Origin: Takakia lepidozioides
Taxonomy: Eukaryota; Plantae; Bryophyta
Direction of reading: 5' to 3'
Length of the DNA: 64,000 nucleotides
Assembly: GCA_030704615.1 (NCBI GenBank)
Contig: CM060733.1
Location: 64,356,001 to 64,420,000, forward strand
The translations under genes and the position numbers were made by a program. Positions 33,755 through 46,406 of this stretch are shown piece after piece (positions within the stretch are counted from its first letter, which is position 1; each line of letters starts with the position of its first letter). Below the pieces are notes generated by a model that was not told where the DNA came from, did not search any database, and saw only the letters and a list, made by a program, of their open reading frames with translations.

Positions 33755-36184
33755 TCACAATCTGATGAGGCTTGACATAACGTGTTTGAAAAACTGGCCT
33801 GAATCCAGAGAAGTAAGAGGATGCCATTGGTGAATGCACATCCTACTTGCCACATCGTAGTACCACAAGCGATTTCTAACCTGCCGTTCCGTCTTTAGCT
33901 GTTTACCTGCGATCCAGTTGTTGTGCAGGATGTAGCAACCTCGGTCCAAGCAAGCCGTTGTCACGTTTTCGTGCCACCAGATACCATGCACCACTCCATT
34001 AGGAAACAGATTGCGATCGAGGAAGATTGTTCGAAGCCCTTTGCCATATCTACACTCAGAGTCGCTGATGACCCTCTCCCCATTAGACCCGCACAAGACA
34101 TGGTAGAAGCTGGGCTGCTCTGATGTATTTGAGGTCTTCGCGTGCTTCACTATTGCCGTGAAAGCTGCGATTGTTACGTTGTCGGCATGAGCGTAGTAGA
34201 AACCTGAATTGATGCGCTCAAGACTGTTCCCAGGAATGGCACTGTCTGGCTCATCGCTTTGGACAGGAAGAGTCCCAGGTCCGTAGGATGTCATGTGGGA
34301 CAGGGGATTTCGGAACCACACAATGTCGACGTCACTCCACAATACGTTGTAGCCCTTTTTCAAAATGTGCAAGACAGCCCGCGACTTCAGCTTCGTGACT
34401 GCTCGAAAGCAGTGGCTTCCAAAGACACATTTTGCTTTGCTGAAGTATTTGTGTGGGGCTGCAGTTGGTTCGTAGTAGACAGGAAGACCCTGGCTAAACG
34501 CATACCAGTATAAGTCTTCGTCTAGAGCTGCGATAAGAATATTCTCCACTCCCAGAGCTCTACCCCGGCAAACAAAACTGAGCAACATCTCTTTGTAAGC
34601 TGCAGATACCGCCACCAGCACCACAGTTTTGCTGGCATCTGCTACTTGTGGCAACAATCGGTTCAAAGTGTGTGGCAAGCCAGGGGCGGAGGCAGGGGCG
34701 GAGGCAGGGGATGGGAGAGGTGAGAAGTCTAGTGGAACGGCCCCAACTGGTATGTGATGAGACATCACTTCGAAATCAGTCTTCTTGACGGAGACAGTGC
34801 TCGCCCTACATTGGCACGCATACGAGGAACCTTTGACGCTTCCTACCAAGCAGAGATACGTCGTAGCGGGTTCTCTACATTGCAGGAGCTTCATTGGGGC
34901 CTTAGCTTGTATTTTCGGGAAATCAGGGAAGGTAGAGTTTCTGCCAAGCTGCAACAAGTAAGCGTTGGAAAAGGCTTGCCATCTGTTGCGGCTCCCAAAG
35001 TTCCAATCACGTTTAGCTGAGCTTGTAGCAGTATTGTCTGCATTATCTCCATGCGGCAGTCGGAAGGAGACTAATGCCTCACTCGCATCCACAAGAGCGT
35101 ACGTCTCTTCCGCTAGAATACGATGCATCATCCACTTGTCGTAAGAACCCCCACCAAAAGTGAAGGGTGGCATGGGTGTCCTCAGTAGCGCTCTTCCCCT
35201 ACTCGCGCTCCAAGCCCACCAATCCATGTGCCCATGGATCCGCAACTCACCTGTTGCCCCCACAAAGTCTGCGACTTCCTGCTCATGCACCCACTCCCCT
35301 TTAGTTGTTTCAAGCCTCACGCTCCCATCCTCCATGCGCACGAATGTATAAGGGAACCTCTCAACCTCCAACCGCCTTGCAGCCAAGACCCAGTGGGCAG
35401 ACAGGGCAGCTGTCTTGTGCAATGCGGACATGAAAGATTGCAGCAAAACCACGTCCGCATTGATTAGGACAGACACGTTCGTATTCACAAAGTGCGATCT
35501 GGCCACCATGGAGTGAAACATTGGGGCTCCGTTGAAGCTGTAGTCGATATCACTCTCCACATTTACCACCCCTAAGAACTCCCTTGCAATTTCGTGTAGC
35601 GAGGGGTGGTTCCCCAGTAGCACCACGTGCGGCCGAGGATGTAGGTGCAGCCATGAAAGCAAAGCTTGACGCTTAGGATCATCTACATCCCCCGAGTACT
35701 CGATCGGAGCAGTGTGGATGGTCACACTCAGCTGAGCCTGCACCACTGGCTCCTCCGCGACTGCTGATTTCGTCTCCAATGTCAGCACATTCTCTGCTTT
35801 GGGTGACGGTTCCCCTACAGCTGCATGTTCCACTTTATCAGGCCCTTGAAGCATTGTTTCCTGTATTTCTAGCTCCAGATTCTCCATGTTCAGTCTCTCC
35901 TGCTTAAAAACTCCGTCAAGCTTCCGGGTGTGGCCTGTTGTCGACAGAATGTGGGCTTCCCGCGGCTCGATCTGATGGGCTTCTAATCTTAGACCCGCAT
36001 GTGGAAATCCGTGGGGATGATCGGCAACTGTAGGTGTGTAGGAATAGAAGCTTACCAAGGCAGTAAAGTTGAGAATGAGGGCCGCCAAAACTATCAGTGC
36101 AATCGTGACAGCTGGATACACGCACTTGGGCCTATGAAGTGTCTTGCTTGAGCTAGTAAAGATGAAAGTCCCCATTGTGGCCAT
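33755..36184 (-). CDS. GT77 nucleotide-diphospho-sugar transferase, beta-arabinofuranosyltransferase RAY1-like; single coding exon
   Basis: Uninterrupted ORF (first ATG at 36184) with an N-terminal TM segment and RAY1-type motifs RQALLSWL, IDYSFNGAPMFHSMVA, YKEMLLSFVCR, CVFGSHCFRAVTKLKSR, YNVLWSDVD (DxD), QSDE, INSGFYY, SEQPSFY.VLCG, LHNNWIAG. Confidence 0.9.
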   Translation of the reverse strand: MATMGTFIFTSSSKTLHRPKCVYPAVTIALIVLAALILNFTALVSFYSYTPTVADHPHGFPHAGLRLEAHQIEPREAHILSTTGHTRKLDGVFKQERLNMENLELEIQETMLQGPDKVEHAAVGEPSPKAENVLTLETKSAVAEEPVVQAQLSVTIHTAPIEYSGDVDDPKRQALLSWLHLHPRPHVVLLGNHPSLHEIAREFLGVVNVESDIDYSFNGAPMFHSMVARSHFVNTNVSVLINADVVLLQSFMSALHKTAALSAHWVLAARRLEVERFPYTFVRMEDGSVRLETTKGEWVHEQEVADFVGATGELRIHGHMDWWAWSASRGRALLRTPMPPFTFGGGSYDKWMMHRILAEETYALVDASEALVSFRLPHGDNADNTATSSAKRDWNFGSRNRWQAFSNAYLLQLGRNSTFPDFPKIQAKAPMKLLQCREPATTYLCLVGSVKGSSYACQCRASTVSVKKTDFEVMSHHIPVGAVPLDFSPLPSPASAPASAPGLPHTLNRLLPQVADASKTVVLVAVSAAYKEMLLSFVCRGRALGVENILIAALDEDLYWYAFSQGLPVYYEPTAAPHKYFSKAKCVFGSHCFRAVTKLKSRAVLHILKKGYNVLWSDVDIVWFRNPLSHMTSYGPGTLPVQSDEPDSAIPGNSLERINSGFYYAHADNVTIAAFTAIVKHAKTSNTSEQPSFYHVLCGSNGERVISDSECRYGKGLRTIFLDRNLFPNGVVHGIWWHENVTTACLDRGCYILHNNWIAGKQLKTERQVRNRLWYYDVASRMCIHQWHPLTSLDSGQFFKHVMSSLIRL

Positions 36185-36484
36185 CCAACTTAGCACACTC
36201 CACACTTCTGTTGCTCAAACCGGAAAACGCCTTATTGTACCTAGCATTGACCCTCTCACAGATTTTTGAACTCATGAAGGTTGGAGTCGGGAGCGCCACA
36301 GCACTAGCCGGTCGTCTGTCTTCATACCTAGAATATACGCACTTGAGAGTTGGGGAAAACAGTCAGAATCTGTCCAGACGCCATTTGGACTGTAGATGTG
36401 AAAAGGAAATAAAGATCCAGAGGGAACTGTGAGAAGAAGAAAAGAGAGATTTTGAAACGCCCAACTAACTTGTGCAACTGCGTC

Positions 36485-36603
36485 AGTGTGTGTATGCGTG
36501 TGAGTGTGTGTATGTGAGAGAGGCACAGAGAGAGAGAGAGAGAGATGCAGTTGGTGTGGAGAAGAGAAGGGTCGACGACACTTCAAGAGTGAGAGAGAGA
36601 GAG
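36485..36603. repeat. (GT)n/(GA)n microsatellites in the 5' region of the RAY1-like gene
   Basis: GTGTGT and GAGAGAGA runs are directly visible. Confidence 0.85.
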
Positions 36604-37518
36604 ACTCTCTCGGACACAGTTCTTCTTCGTACTGTCTCGACTGTTTTGCCGTTCAGCTCCCTAGGACCTTCTCAGCGTCCGATGGCGCCCAATCTCTTTG
36701 GATTGCTGACATGCCTTGACCTCCTTGGCATGTCGGCAAAGTACGTATGTAAATTCAGCCATAAATGCGGCCGATAGCTACCCATTGGGCTCCACTGTAC
36801 AGAACTAGCTTCCATGAACCCACCACCAAACGATGCTGGTAAACTTGGAGAAGAAAGGAAGAGGCTTGTCTCATTGCAGCTGGCTAGGTCCGTTGTCTTT
36901 AGAGCAAATTTGGCAACACCGGAGAACCGAGTCGTTATGAATGTTATTGTTTTTGACCATACAAGATAGATGGGATCCAGTAGGAATGATTGGTTACAGT
37001 AATGAGCGCGCTTCCAAACCCTCTTGATAGAATCTACACAATATCTACCAATATTTTAGAGTATATTCATCCATGGGTGATGTTTCAGCTTCAACCCAGG
37101 ATGGAGAGCAATGAAAACTCTCTCCCTTGCCTTGGAAACAAACCCATGTTTTGACTAGAAACTGCAGTGAGTGATGGATGTGATGAGAGATACCTAGTGC
37201 ACCCAGGCATAATGTATTAAGTATGCTGTAAGGACATGCACTTCACGCCCACTAGCGCTGCACACAATGTGGTGTAAAGGACTGAAGCACTGCTATTCAC
37301 ACCTCTGAATCAAAGCTTTCCTGTTATGATTACACCCTTACATTCATGTCTTGTGTACCGAGTCCTGTGGCTTCTGACACCTCCTCACATTTTCCGCACA
37401 CTCTGCAGGAAAGGATGAGAGGGGAGCGAGCGATTCACGAATCACATCACACTGACGACTGAGACAAGTCTGTGAGACCGCTCCCTGAGTTCAAATTCGC
37501 ATGGATGCATGTCGGACC

Positions 37519-37790
37519 CAGCCATTCTTTTAGTGGCGAATAATCGCCAGATTTCGACCTCAAAAAATAAAATCGAATATTCTGTCGCAAATCCACTGTT
37601 TTTTCATGGATGAAATCGCCAAATTTCTTCAAATAAAAAATAAATTGTGGATGAATTCACCAAATATGGATGATATATGTGGATGATGGCACATAGGTGG
37701 ATGAATTACAGTGGATGAACAGAATAAATGGCTATTTCCTGCAAAACTCTGTAGCCACTCGTGCTAGTTTCCAAATTTCTTAAAAATAAT
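37519..37790 (+). mobile_element. GGATGA-rich hAT-like MITE with a probable 8-bp TSD
   Basis: Flanked by GTCGGACC (37511-37518) and GTTGGACC (37791-37798). Homologous to 22726-22880. TIRs are degenerate. Confidence 0.5.
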
Positions 37791-39173
37791 GTTGGACCTG
37801 GGATGATGGTTGCAAGACAGGCCGGGGGGTTGGACCGACATAATGCACCGCCCTGCTGTCCAAAGCTCATCACTCTCGCCTGATGTGCACAGAAGGTAAG
37901 TAGCTGCCACACTTGCATTCTCACATGTGTAGACTTTTGCGTGCAAAAAGCTGCAGGCCACACACATGGCTTCGATGTGTTGGAAACCTCGTTGGGCACA
38001 TACGTACGAGAGAGACGTGTAGCTGTGGTTTTGCAAGCACGTGGTTTCTCGTGAGTGAATACACAAACTCCGAGAGAGAGATGCGGCTGCTTCCATCCCT
38101 TGTGCTGCTGAAGAAATTGACAGATAACTGAGAATGTAGTAGCGATGATTACAGCTTCAATGAAATACCTAGTGAGTCGTAACTCGTAACAGATGTGGAG
38201 ATCAGCGTGGACAGCTAAAAGTGGGTGGTGCGAGGTGTGAAGCAAATTTACAGCGGAGCAGCAAGATCAACGGAGGGATGCGCAGGCATTATGATGAGGC
38301 AACAGCAAATCCCAACACGACAGATAGCCCGAAACTAACGGCGACCGACCGAATGGACGGCAGTCGCCTTTATTATCTCACATAACTTGTGGGCACCGAT
38401 CCCAGGGACCGTCAGTGCCATCGCATCTCTTGAGAGAAGCACATAGGCAGGCTCCTACAGGGATTAGGACTACAGAGATATGGGGTGGCATCTCTAGGAC
38501 TAGGGGAAGAGAGGAGACACGTTGGCAAACTTGTGCATGCGTGCATTAATAGAGTGTTAAGACATTCTTCAAGAACTTGAGAGGTATTTAAAGTGAGCCT
38601 TAACACTATCCAGTACAAATGTCGCAATTCAATGATCAATCGCCGCAAACATGTGACTAAGTGAGGACTTGACAGAGTATACACCAACTATAACAGACTT
38701 GCAATGATTGGCTCGTATGAAACCTTCAGAGATCTTTTGCAAACCATTGAAAATATTTGCTCGCCTAGGCCAAGAGCCACGGTGATCGATTCTCTAACCT
38801 GTTCATCTGTTTGAATGCCGGAATCTCCACCCATGAGCCCCACTACCAGTGACTATGAAAAAACTTTGAAGAATTTAGAGAACTCTGTTTGACCAACCCC
38901 GAATTCTAATCAAAGGCTGCAGCACTGAGTGCTGTTGACCATTCAATCTTGCAATATACTGATGATCTTCTAGGCTTTACTGGAGTCCACAAGTCAATAT
39001 CTCTACACACCAGGGCAGTTGTATTCATCGAACTTACCATTGCATGGATGCCAAAAAATTGTTTTTGTTGCACTTGGCAGCTCTTCCGTGTCTCCACTAA
39101 TGCAGTTCAACAGCACTGAGAGCCTTGCATGAACAAATACCTCTTGACACGGGTGCTTCAAATGACAGTACGA

Positions 39174-42100
39174 TCACCTACCTGAATGAGATGAGCCTTC
39201 TGGGCCCTCCGTTTTTCTTTCCCGCAACCTCTCTAAAACATTGCGACGCTTCTCATCCAACTTCACGCCCATCTTCTTTCCCAAGTTAAGCATCTTGGAG
39301 CGTCGTGAGGTCAGTTTTGGGGTCAGCTGCTCCAAAGCCTGGAGTGCGTCCTCAGAGACCACATATTGTAAATCATTCTCTGATGACGAATCTTCAAGTT
39401 GCATAAAATCAATGAAGGCCTCCCCTACTCTATCTGAACCCTGCCCTTCAGATTCTCTACCTGAACGTTCCGTAGACTCCCCTTTATCTAAAAGTGGTCG
39501 GGTTAAATCTGCCTGGAGTTCCTCTGCTATCGAAGATGGTAAGGAGACGGGAGGGCGTGCTGCTTGTGGAAGAACGGGTTCATTGTTGGAAATAGTTGTT
39601 GTGCTGGCTGACCTGTGCAGTTGGTTGAGGGCCGCCAGACTCTCAAGAGGTGGCACAGAGGTGACAGGTGAGAGGGTGACAGATGGGGAGCTCAATTGAG
39701 GCTTGTCACCATTGGCATTGGATCGAGGGACATTGCTTCTTCCACTTTGCACAGATCCTGATGCCTGCAAGGGTGAAAATGCCACAGGGATGGTACTTTG
39801 AGGCACCCAGTTATCTTTCTCGGACAACATCCAATTGAGACACACATCTTCACCATTTGGCATTACCAGAGACTCACGAAGTTGCATCTGCGCAAACCCA
39901 AGCAGCACACCTTCAAAGGTCAAACCTCTCTCCAGGGGATGAAATATACAAAGTCTCTTGCAGTCAAGGGCAGTGGTACACAACCGACAGAAACAGAAAA
40001 TAGAAAGAACTGGAATGTTATGTATGGACATGAGAGTGAAGATCCAGCTGGGGAAAGACCTTCAGTTGATGCACAATAAAAGCACCCACAGGGCCACTGC
40101 TGATTTTGCGGTCCCCAATACAAGGTTCGGGTACCAGCTGCAGCTCTGGCATTTCTTTAAATGAGAACCAGATGCGATCCGATGGCGGTGCTTTCATCCT
40201 TATGACACCCGTTCCCTTCAGGGACACGCACCTTATAGACAGCACCAACGGCACCTGCCATTATAACACCAGCTCATTTTGATACCGAATGATACCATAC
40301 AATAAGTGGGAATAGTGGGAGAAGGGTTCTGCTCTTTCCTTGGACATAGCAAGTTTATTCCTTCCTCTTCTCTGCCCACCTCACTGCATTATGACGGGGA
40401 CATGTAAGGACAAATCACTGCCATCCATGCGTCATATATTTGTTGATGAGAAGGTTAGCTTGCCAAGTGTATTTTTTAGGAGAGCAGAAACCATCAGAAA
40501 CACGAAAAATAACAATGCCAGCACCTGTGACAACACTTAACCAGCAATAGAGACGGTTGGAAGTCATGAACTGGGAGTTCTGCCCTCATGCTGGTGAAAA
40601 CCCACAACTGGTTCAAAAATGACTTAAATTCACAGGGCCTATCGTCAGAACATGACTAGGGCAAGCCATTAGGCTACAGGAAAGGAATTTTCTGTCTCTC
40701 CCAACGAATAGATTGTACTCATAAGACGTTGTTTGCCGTAGCCTTGTGGCCATTGACCCCGTGCCCAGTTTGAGCGGGAACAAAAGGGACAGAACCTACC
40801 TCTGTCAGGGGCTGACGTTGGTAGTAAGACTTACCTCCATATAAAGAATTAATCCGGATTTTCCAGATATCCTCTAGAAATCCCTTCACACAAGCATCAA
40901 TCTGCTGTGTGTGATTTGCCCAAAAACTAGGCCTCAGGAGGGCCTGGGCTTTTGGCTCAGCCTCGAGACTTTCAAAGTTGGTAAACAGGGGTACAGGCAC
41001 AATTCCCTTAATAGATTTGGAGAAAGCGTCTCTTTGGTGAGAGAACCCCGGACAGTGTATCAGAAAATGAATACTGTCTTCAGATTGCCCACACAACGGG
41101 CAAACTCTCCCTTTCCTCTCTGCTTCTGTTTGCTGTTCAAAGGTAGGCTTCCTGCCCTGTGTTTAAATTTCAGTCTAGTGCCGAGAGTGGGTAGACCCTT
41201 GAGGTCATCCAAGATGTCCTCCCCCATGTCACAGACTGGAAACGAGTTCAGGGAAGTTTTCTGCCTAACTTCATTTTCATCAGACAATCTCATGGCAACA
41301 GACATGGCTGAGGACACTACAGCCTCTAAGTCAGATTTATCCAGCAGGGTCAAAACTTGCGGATCCAGGTCCAGGTCCTTGAGGATCTCTTCTACTCTCT
41401 TCTGCCAGGACTTAGCCTGTTTGACAGGGCGGTCCTGTTTCCAAGATATAGAGTCGATTAACTTAGGATATCTGGTGTTGGGCATATGTTGCAGCTGACC
41501 CCACCATCTGACCTTGAATTCATCTCGTCGGGAGCTTAAGGACGGAATGCCAAACTCACCCCGAACAGCCACATTGGCTGTTTTGGAGCATGCTGACATA
41601 CACTCCTTAAGCACCCCCACTTGAATGGATTCTAGAGACTTAGCCTGGTTGGAGTTATCAACCCATATAGCAGATCCGTACTCCAAAGCAGGTCTAATAA
41701 CGCGACAAAGCATGGTTTTCTTAACCTCAGAGTTGACCCCTCTGCAGTGGAAAAATTTAGTGAGCCCCAGAGCTTTGCCCTTGCCAGTTTGAACAACTTT
41801 CCGGATATGTGCATCCCAATTACAATTGGAGGAGAACTCAAAGCCCAGGTAAGTGTAGGAAGGGAGGACCGGGATCTCTTGGCTACCCCACGCTCATGTC
41901 TCAATGAATAGACATGGGATCTTTCAGGAAACTATCAGCCAGGATGTACAGCTACTGTAATGCAAATGGTAATGGAGTTCAACAGAACCAGTCCATCAGA
42001 AATATCCACGAAACAGCCAGATAGTCTTCATTTGCTAAAATGACATTACCAAGGAAGAGGGAATATTTCACACCTGAGAGACCTGTTCTGCAACACGTGA

Positions 42101-45100
42101 CACCACAGACCTCATTGACTTCACCCACCCTCCTTTTCTAGTGCCACCCTCGTCCAAACCCCGCAAATCACCTGAGCCAAATAACCCTCTCAGATTAATC
42201 ATCAATAAGATGCAAGAAGAGTTTGAACAAAGTCAGAACCTCAACGTGGGTTAGCAGCAAGCACAGTGAGTGCATGCACACTCTTGATGCATAACTCCTT
42301 CAGTGTCTACCCCATCACTTAGCCCTGTAAGAGGTTATGTAGGTTAGGAGGGAAAAGAGGAGAGGATGCTTCCGCAACCATCCAACATAGAAACATCCAG
42401 GGAGAGGAAGGCAACTTACCCATCAGCCTTTGCTTGCCTAGATCCTCATCTGGCTGACAGCGGAATACATAACATGGAAGTAGAAGATACCTGTCCTACC
42501 ACTCGTGGAAAGAGCAGCCATGCCTCCAGATACTGATCCCTCAACATCACCAGCAATCTCTAGGTCCTCCTCTATGCCAGTCAAGAGCCCTCCTAAGCCA
42601 GGTTGTGCTGCCTGCCCTGCCACTTTCTCCTGTGAGCCTGAATCCCGCACTTCCAATCGTGTCTCACATGTTATAAATGCACCACCTTTCCATTCCAGAT
42701 CAACCTCCATGCGCAAAGTCCCTCCAGTGTCTGCTGGGAGCATTCGAATGGCAGTGGCAAAAGGAGGCGACTTTCCAAGATCCAGATTGGTGATTGTAAC
42801 AGATTTAATGTAACTGGGAGTCTTCATCCTTGACACTTGCTTCTAATGGGTTTTCCCAACCAAACAATACGATAAGCGTTAATACATTGTAAACCAATGG
42901 ACACCTCAAGCGTGCAATGCTCTGCAGATACAGAAAACCCTCGAAGCTGACCAGCTGCCAAAACAACCCTATCATAAATAACCACCAACCAAACACTGTC
43001 CCGATTTAGAGGAAAACATGATGCTCAGCTCCAGTCCTCAGCACAAATCTGAAGGAGCGCCCAACACAAAACACTCTTATCGCTGCACTACTGTGGAGCA
43101 CATTGGAGATGAAAAATGAGTGACTCTAGTGTTTCTTTCATAGACAACTCCTGTTGAGATACAGGAACCCTAATCCAACAGGCGTTAGGACAACCTCCAT
43201 TTTGAAGCAAAGGCACCCTCAACTAGTGTTCACACTTGCACAGAAATCCTGCCAACAATAGGAACTACCTTCCTACACTAAGGCTGCACATCTGCACATC
43301 CAAACCAGTAGGGGATCTGTTAATGTAGAGATCCCCCACAGAGCTGCCTTGCACAGGGTATAGCCTAAGTTAATTAGAACCCTGTACCCCTCGAATAATA
43401 CCACAGTATACATGGACTATTATTGGAAGCTACAGCACCTGGCACAAATGCACAGGGGGGAAGCAATTTCCCATTAGAAACATACTAAGCTTCATTAGTG
43501 AAGCATAGAACTTGCCTGAAATACCATCTGGACACCAGCCATCCTAGTCGGGCTGTGATAGAAATCAAAGAAGAGCCTTGACACAAACATGTTGAGGCAG
43601 AGCAACCCTTGGTCGATTGTCTGCTCCAAATGAGTTGCGGACTTGCCACCTGTTTTCTCAACAGCAACCGTGAGAGGCAAGCCCTCCTTACCCTCTCTGG
43701 AAGCAGCCCCAATGGGCGCCTTTTGGAACTCGTCCTCAGCCTTGGATGGCACATTGTGCATCCCACCCCCTATATCGATTGTATTGGCCTTACTTCCACC
43801 ATTTGCATCTCCAGGCTGGCCGGAGCTGCTTGGGACAATGGTAAGAACCCCATCCCCATCTTTGATACTTGCATCCTCTTGGCCTGGTGAAATCGCAGAA
43901 ATTCTTCTAGTGAAGTTCTCAAATTCATCTACTGCATCAGCAGACTTCATGTCCTTGGAGCTTGTGCTGCCCACAATTTTTGAACCCCGTCTAGTCAGCT
44001 TCTTCCAAATTGTTCGCTTCTTAAAAAATCCCTCGTCAACTCTATTCCCATCAGATTTATCCTCCTTGCTCTGCCCATCAGAGAAGTGCGAACGCATTCC
44101 TGTATGGAACATATTCACATATGGAATGTGGGCTTCAACACAATGGGTGTACTCTTCATACTCTGCCTTGGTCTTCAAAACCCAGTAGTTTGAAGGCACA
44201 TCCAATTTGGCAGTGGCACGTAGAACCTCGCACCATGCCTCCTTCTCCCACCCTGTCTGCAAGTAGAACAGACAATCTTTGCACCCTCCATAGATGGCGC
44301 GGTCGTCATGGTGCACTTTAATTGGGAACTTTTTTGCCCTTCATCCCCCAGAATGCCAGGCACCAAACATCAACTTGTATCTATTTTCTTCAGAAGCACC
44401 ATATTTAACAACCAGACCAACACCACAATCCATCTTCCATGCTTATCTGGCAAACATGATAATCTTGCACTAAATTCTCTTGCGGTTTGCAGCAACATTC
44501 ACTTTCTGTTGCTGCAGGGGAGTCATGCTCCCCTTGCCCACACGGATGGATTGTTGTTGCCCTTGTTAAGAATCCAGCTATTCATCTGGACATTGATGGA
44601 ATTTTTATCAGTTGAACCTTCCAGTCCATCCATTACCATGTGGGTGGAAGGAGGTTCCAAGCTGAGCTGGTATTGAAGTCAAGCAGACTTGAGCAAAGGC
44701 TAGAAGAATATCAGCGCAGAGAAATTTCACTGTCTTTCTACAGTAGACAACTTTGAATGCCCACAGAACTCTCTGTAGCTTAAACGCTCGTTTGCTTTAC
44801 CATCATTTCACTTGGAGAGCTGGACTGCCCAGGACCACTGTGTGACATTTCAACATAATCTACTGGTAATGAGATGATTTCAACAGAACCTGCTTAGTGG
44901 ATGAGCCATACATGCTGCCTCATTGCATCACAATTGCAACTCACTCACCACTTCCTTGAAGGTCCACAGTCTCTAGAGACAGCTAGGACATCACAGCCCT
45001 CCAGCGAAATAGTCTCTTCAGTCCCATCTGCAGCTTTCAAATGCAAATCTTTTTTCTGCAATGTAGCATGTCTCCACATGGGAGCTATTTCAATGCTGTT

Positions 45101-46406
45101 CTTTATGCCCTCTTTCTTTTGGCCCTCCTTTCCTCCCTCTTTCTTCTTGTCTTTAGTGACTTGCTTTAGAACTGCCTTGCCCCAATCCCCTTCAGGAAGC
45201 GGTGCAACCCACAAATTGCCCTGCAAAGAAGAAGACAGCAGGACACTTAGAAAATAGCCTCCCAGTGCAAGGTCAACCAGGTTGATGATCACAAAGTCAT
45301 AGCAGCTTCTAGATAGTCGCATACCATAAGCTTCGAAAAACCTAGGAAGATAAATAAACTTCAGAAGACACTTTACTAAAAACTAGCATCCACAACTTTA
45401 CCAGAAGACATTTTCCAATACACCTACTTCGCAGCACCAACAAGTGTACCAGGCTTTGGTTGTTGTGAATCACCCTTCCAACCAACAAGGGGTATGAGAG
45501 GTTCCTTGCTAAGGTTCGAAATGCTTGTGGTACAATCTGCATGTCAATAGGGTATTGTGTGTAGTATTCCAGCTTACAGGCCTCACATTTATGCTAGGGA
45601 TTGATGGGGAAACTTTGAGTTGTTTTGGCATCTATTCATTAGCAGTACACCAATAACAATTTCAAAAGGTCCGATGAACAGAGGACATAAGGGATTTGAG
45701 AGGAAACAGGAAAGACATCGCCCCCAGTTCTCCACCATCAGCTCGGCTACTTCCTCTTCTGGACACCTCATGAACATGTTGAGAGAAAATCACTGTTATT
45801 CAAGAGTATTCAAATCAAGAGCATTACTACTTTTTCCGCACTTCCAATTACTCTTTCACTTGCCAGTTCTCCAATAAATCGTAGCCAATAGCTGCCACAG
45901 AACTAACCCCTGGGCATAAATCCCATCAGTAGCTGCACAAATCAATAGGGCATTGCCAAGAGACCAGCAAAAAAGTCCTACAACAACTGTTCTCAAAAAG
46001 CTGCTTCTAATCACTGTCCTTTCAAAGCTTTCCGAAATTATTCTTGTCTGTGACCAACGAAGAAGACACCAGCAAGCACATGCTGCTACATGTTCCAACC
46101 ATCGCAACAGAGGGAGATGCCAAACTAACCGACTCGATTGAATCCTCTTCTTCCTGGCAAAGAAGGAGAAATGTAGAGACAAGAAAGAGAAAGGACCTGA
46201 AGCCTGAAGTTGATGGATCCCCCATGTGTCTCAATTCCAGCTGATGAGACTGGACTAATGCCAGACCTGCGCCTTTCTGACCCCATAATAGTATACACGA
46301 GTAACAAAATCTCTGCAAGAGCTAGAATTAGCACTCCCCCCACGAAGGCGGGTAAGCACATGTACATGCTGCAGCAGTCTGATGCGGGCAGCGTGGCTGA
46401 AGCCAT
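39174..46406 (-). CDS. TEX2-like TM-PH-SMP lipid-transfer protein; complement(join(39174..39887,40060..40254,42074..42171,42491..42842,43516..44338,44949..45220,46197..46406))
   Basis: Phase-consistent splice sites join a TM segment, a PH-like domain (ISLEGCDVLAVS...SRKWAKKFPIKV...YLQTGWEKEAWC) and an SMP domain (CLNMFVSRLFFDF, SRMKTPSYI, DLGKSPP, VSQVPLVLSIR..SLKGT, PPSDRIWFSF..MPEL, LRESLVMPN). Confidence 0.88.
40713..41901 (-). mobile_element. 5'-truncated RTEX-like LINE copy 1 in intron 5 of the TEX2-like gene
   Basis: YTYLGFEF, RPALEYGSAIW, AVRGEFG, TRLKFK.RAG, C..C...EDSIHFLIHC. Probable TSD CAACGAATAGA (40702-40712) / CAATGAATAGA (41902-41912). Confidence 0.85.
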
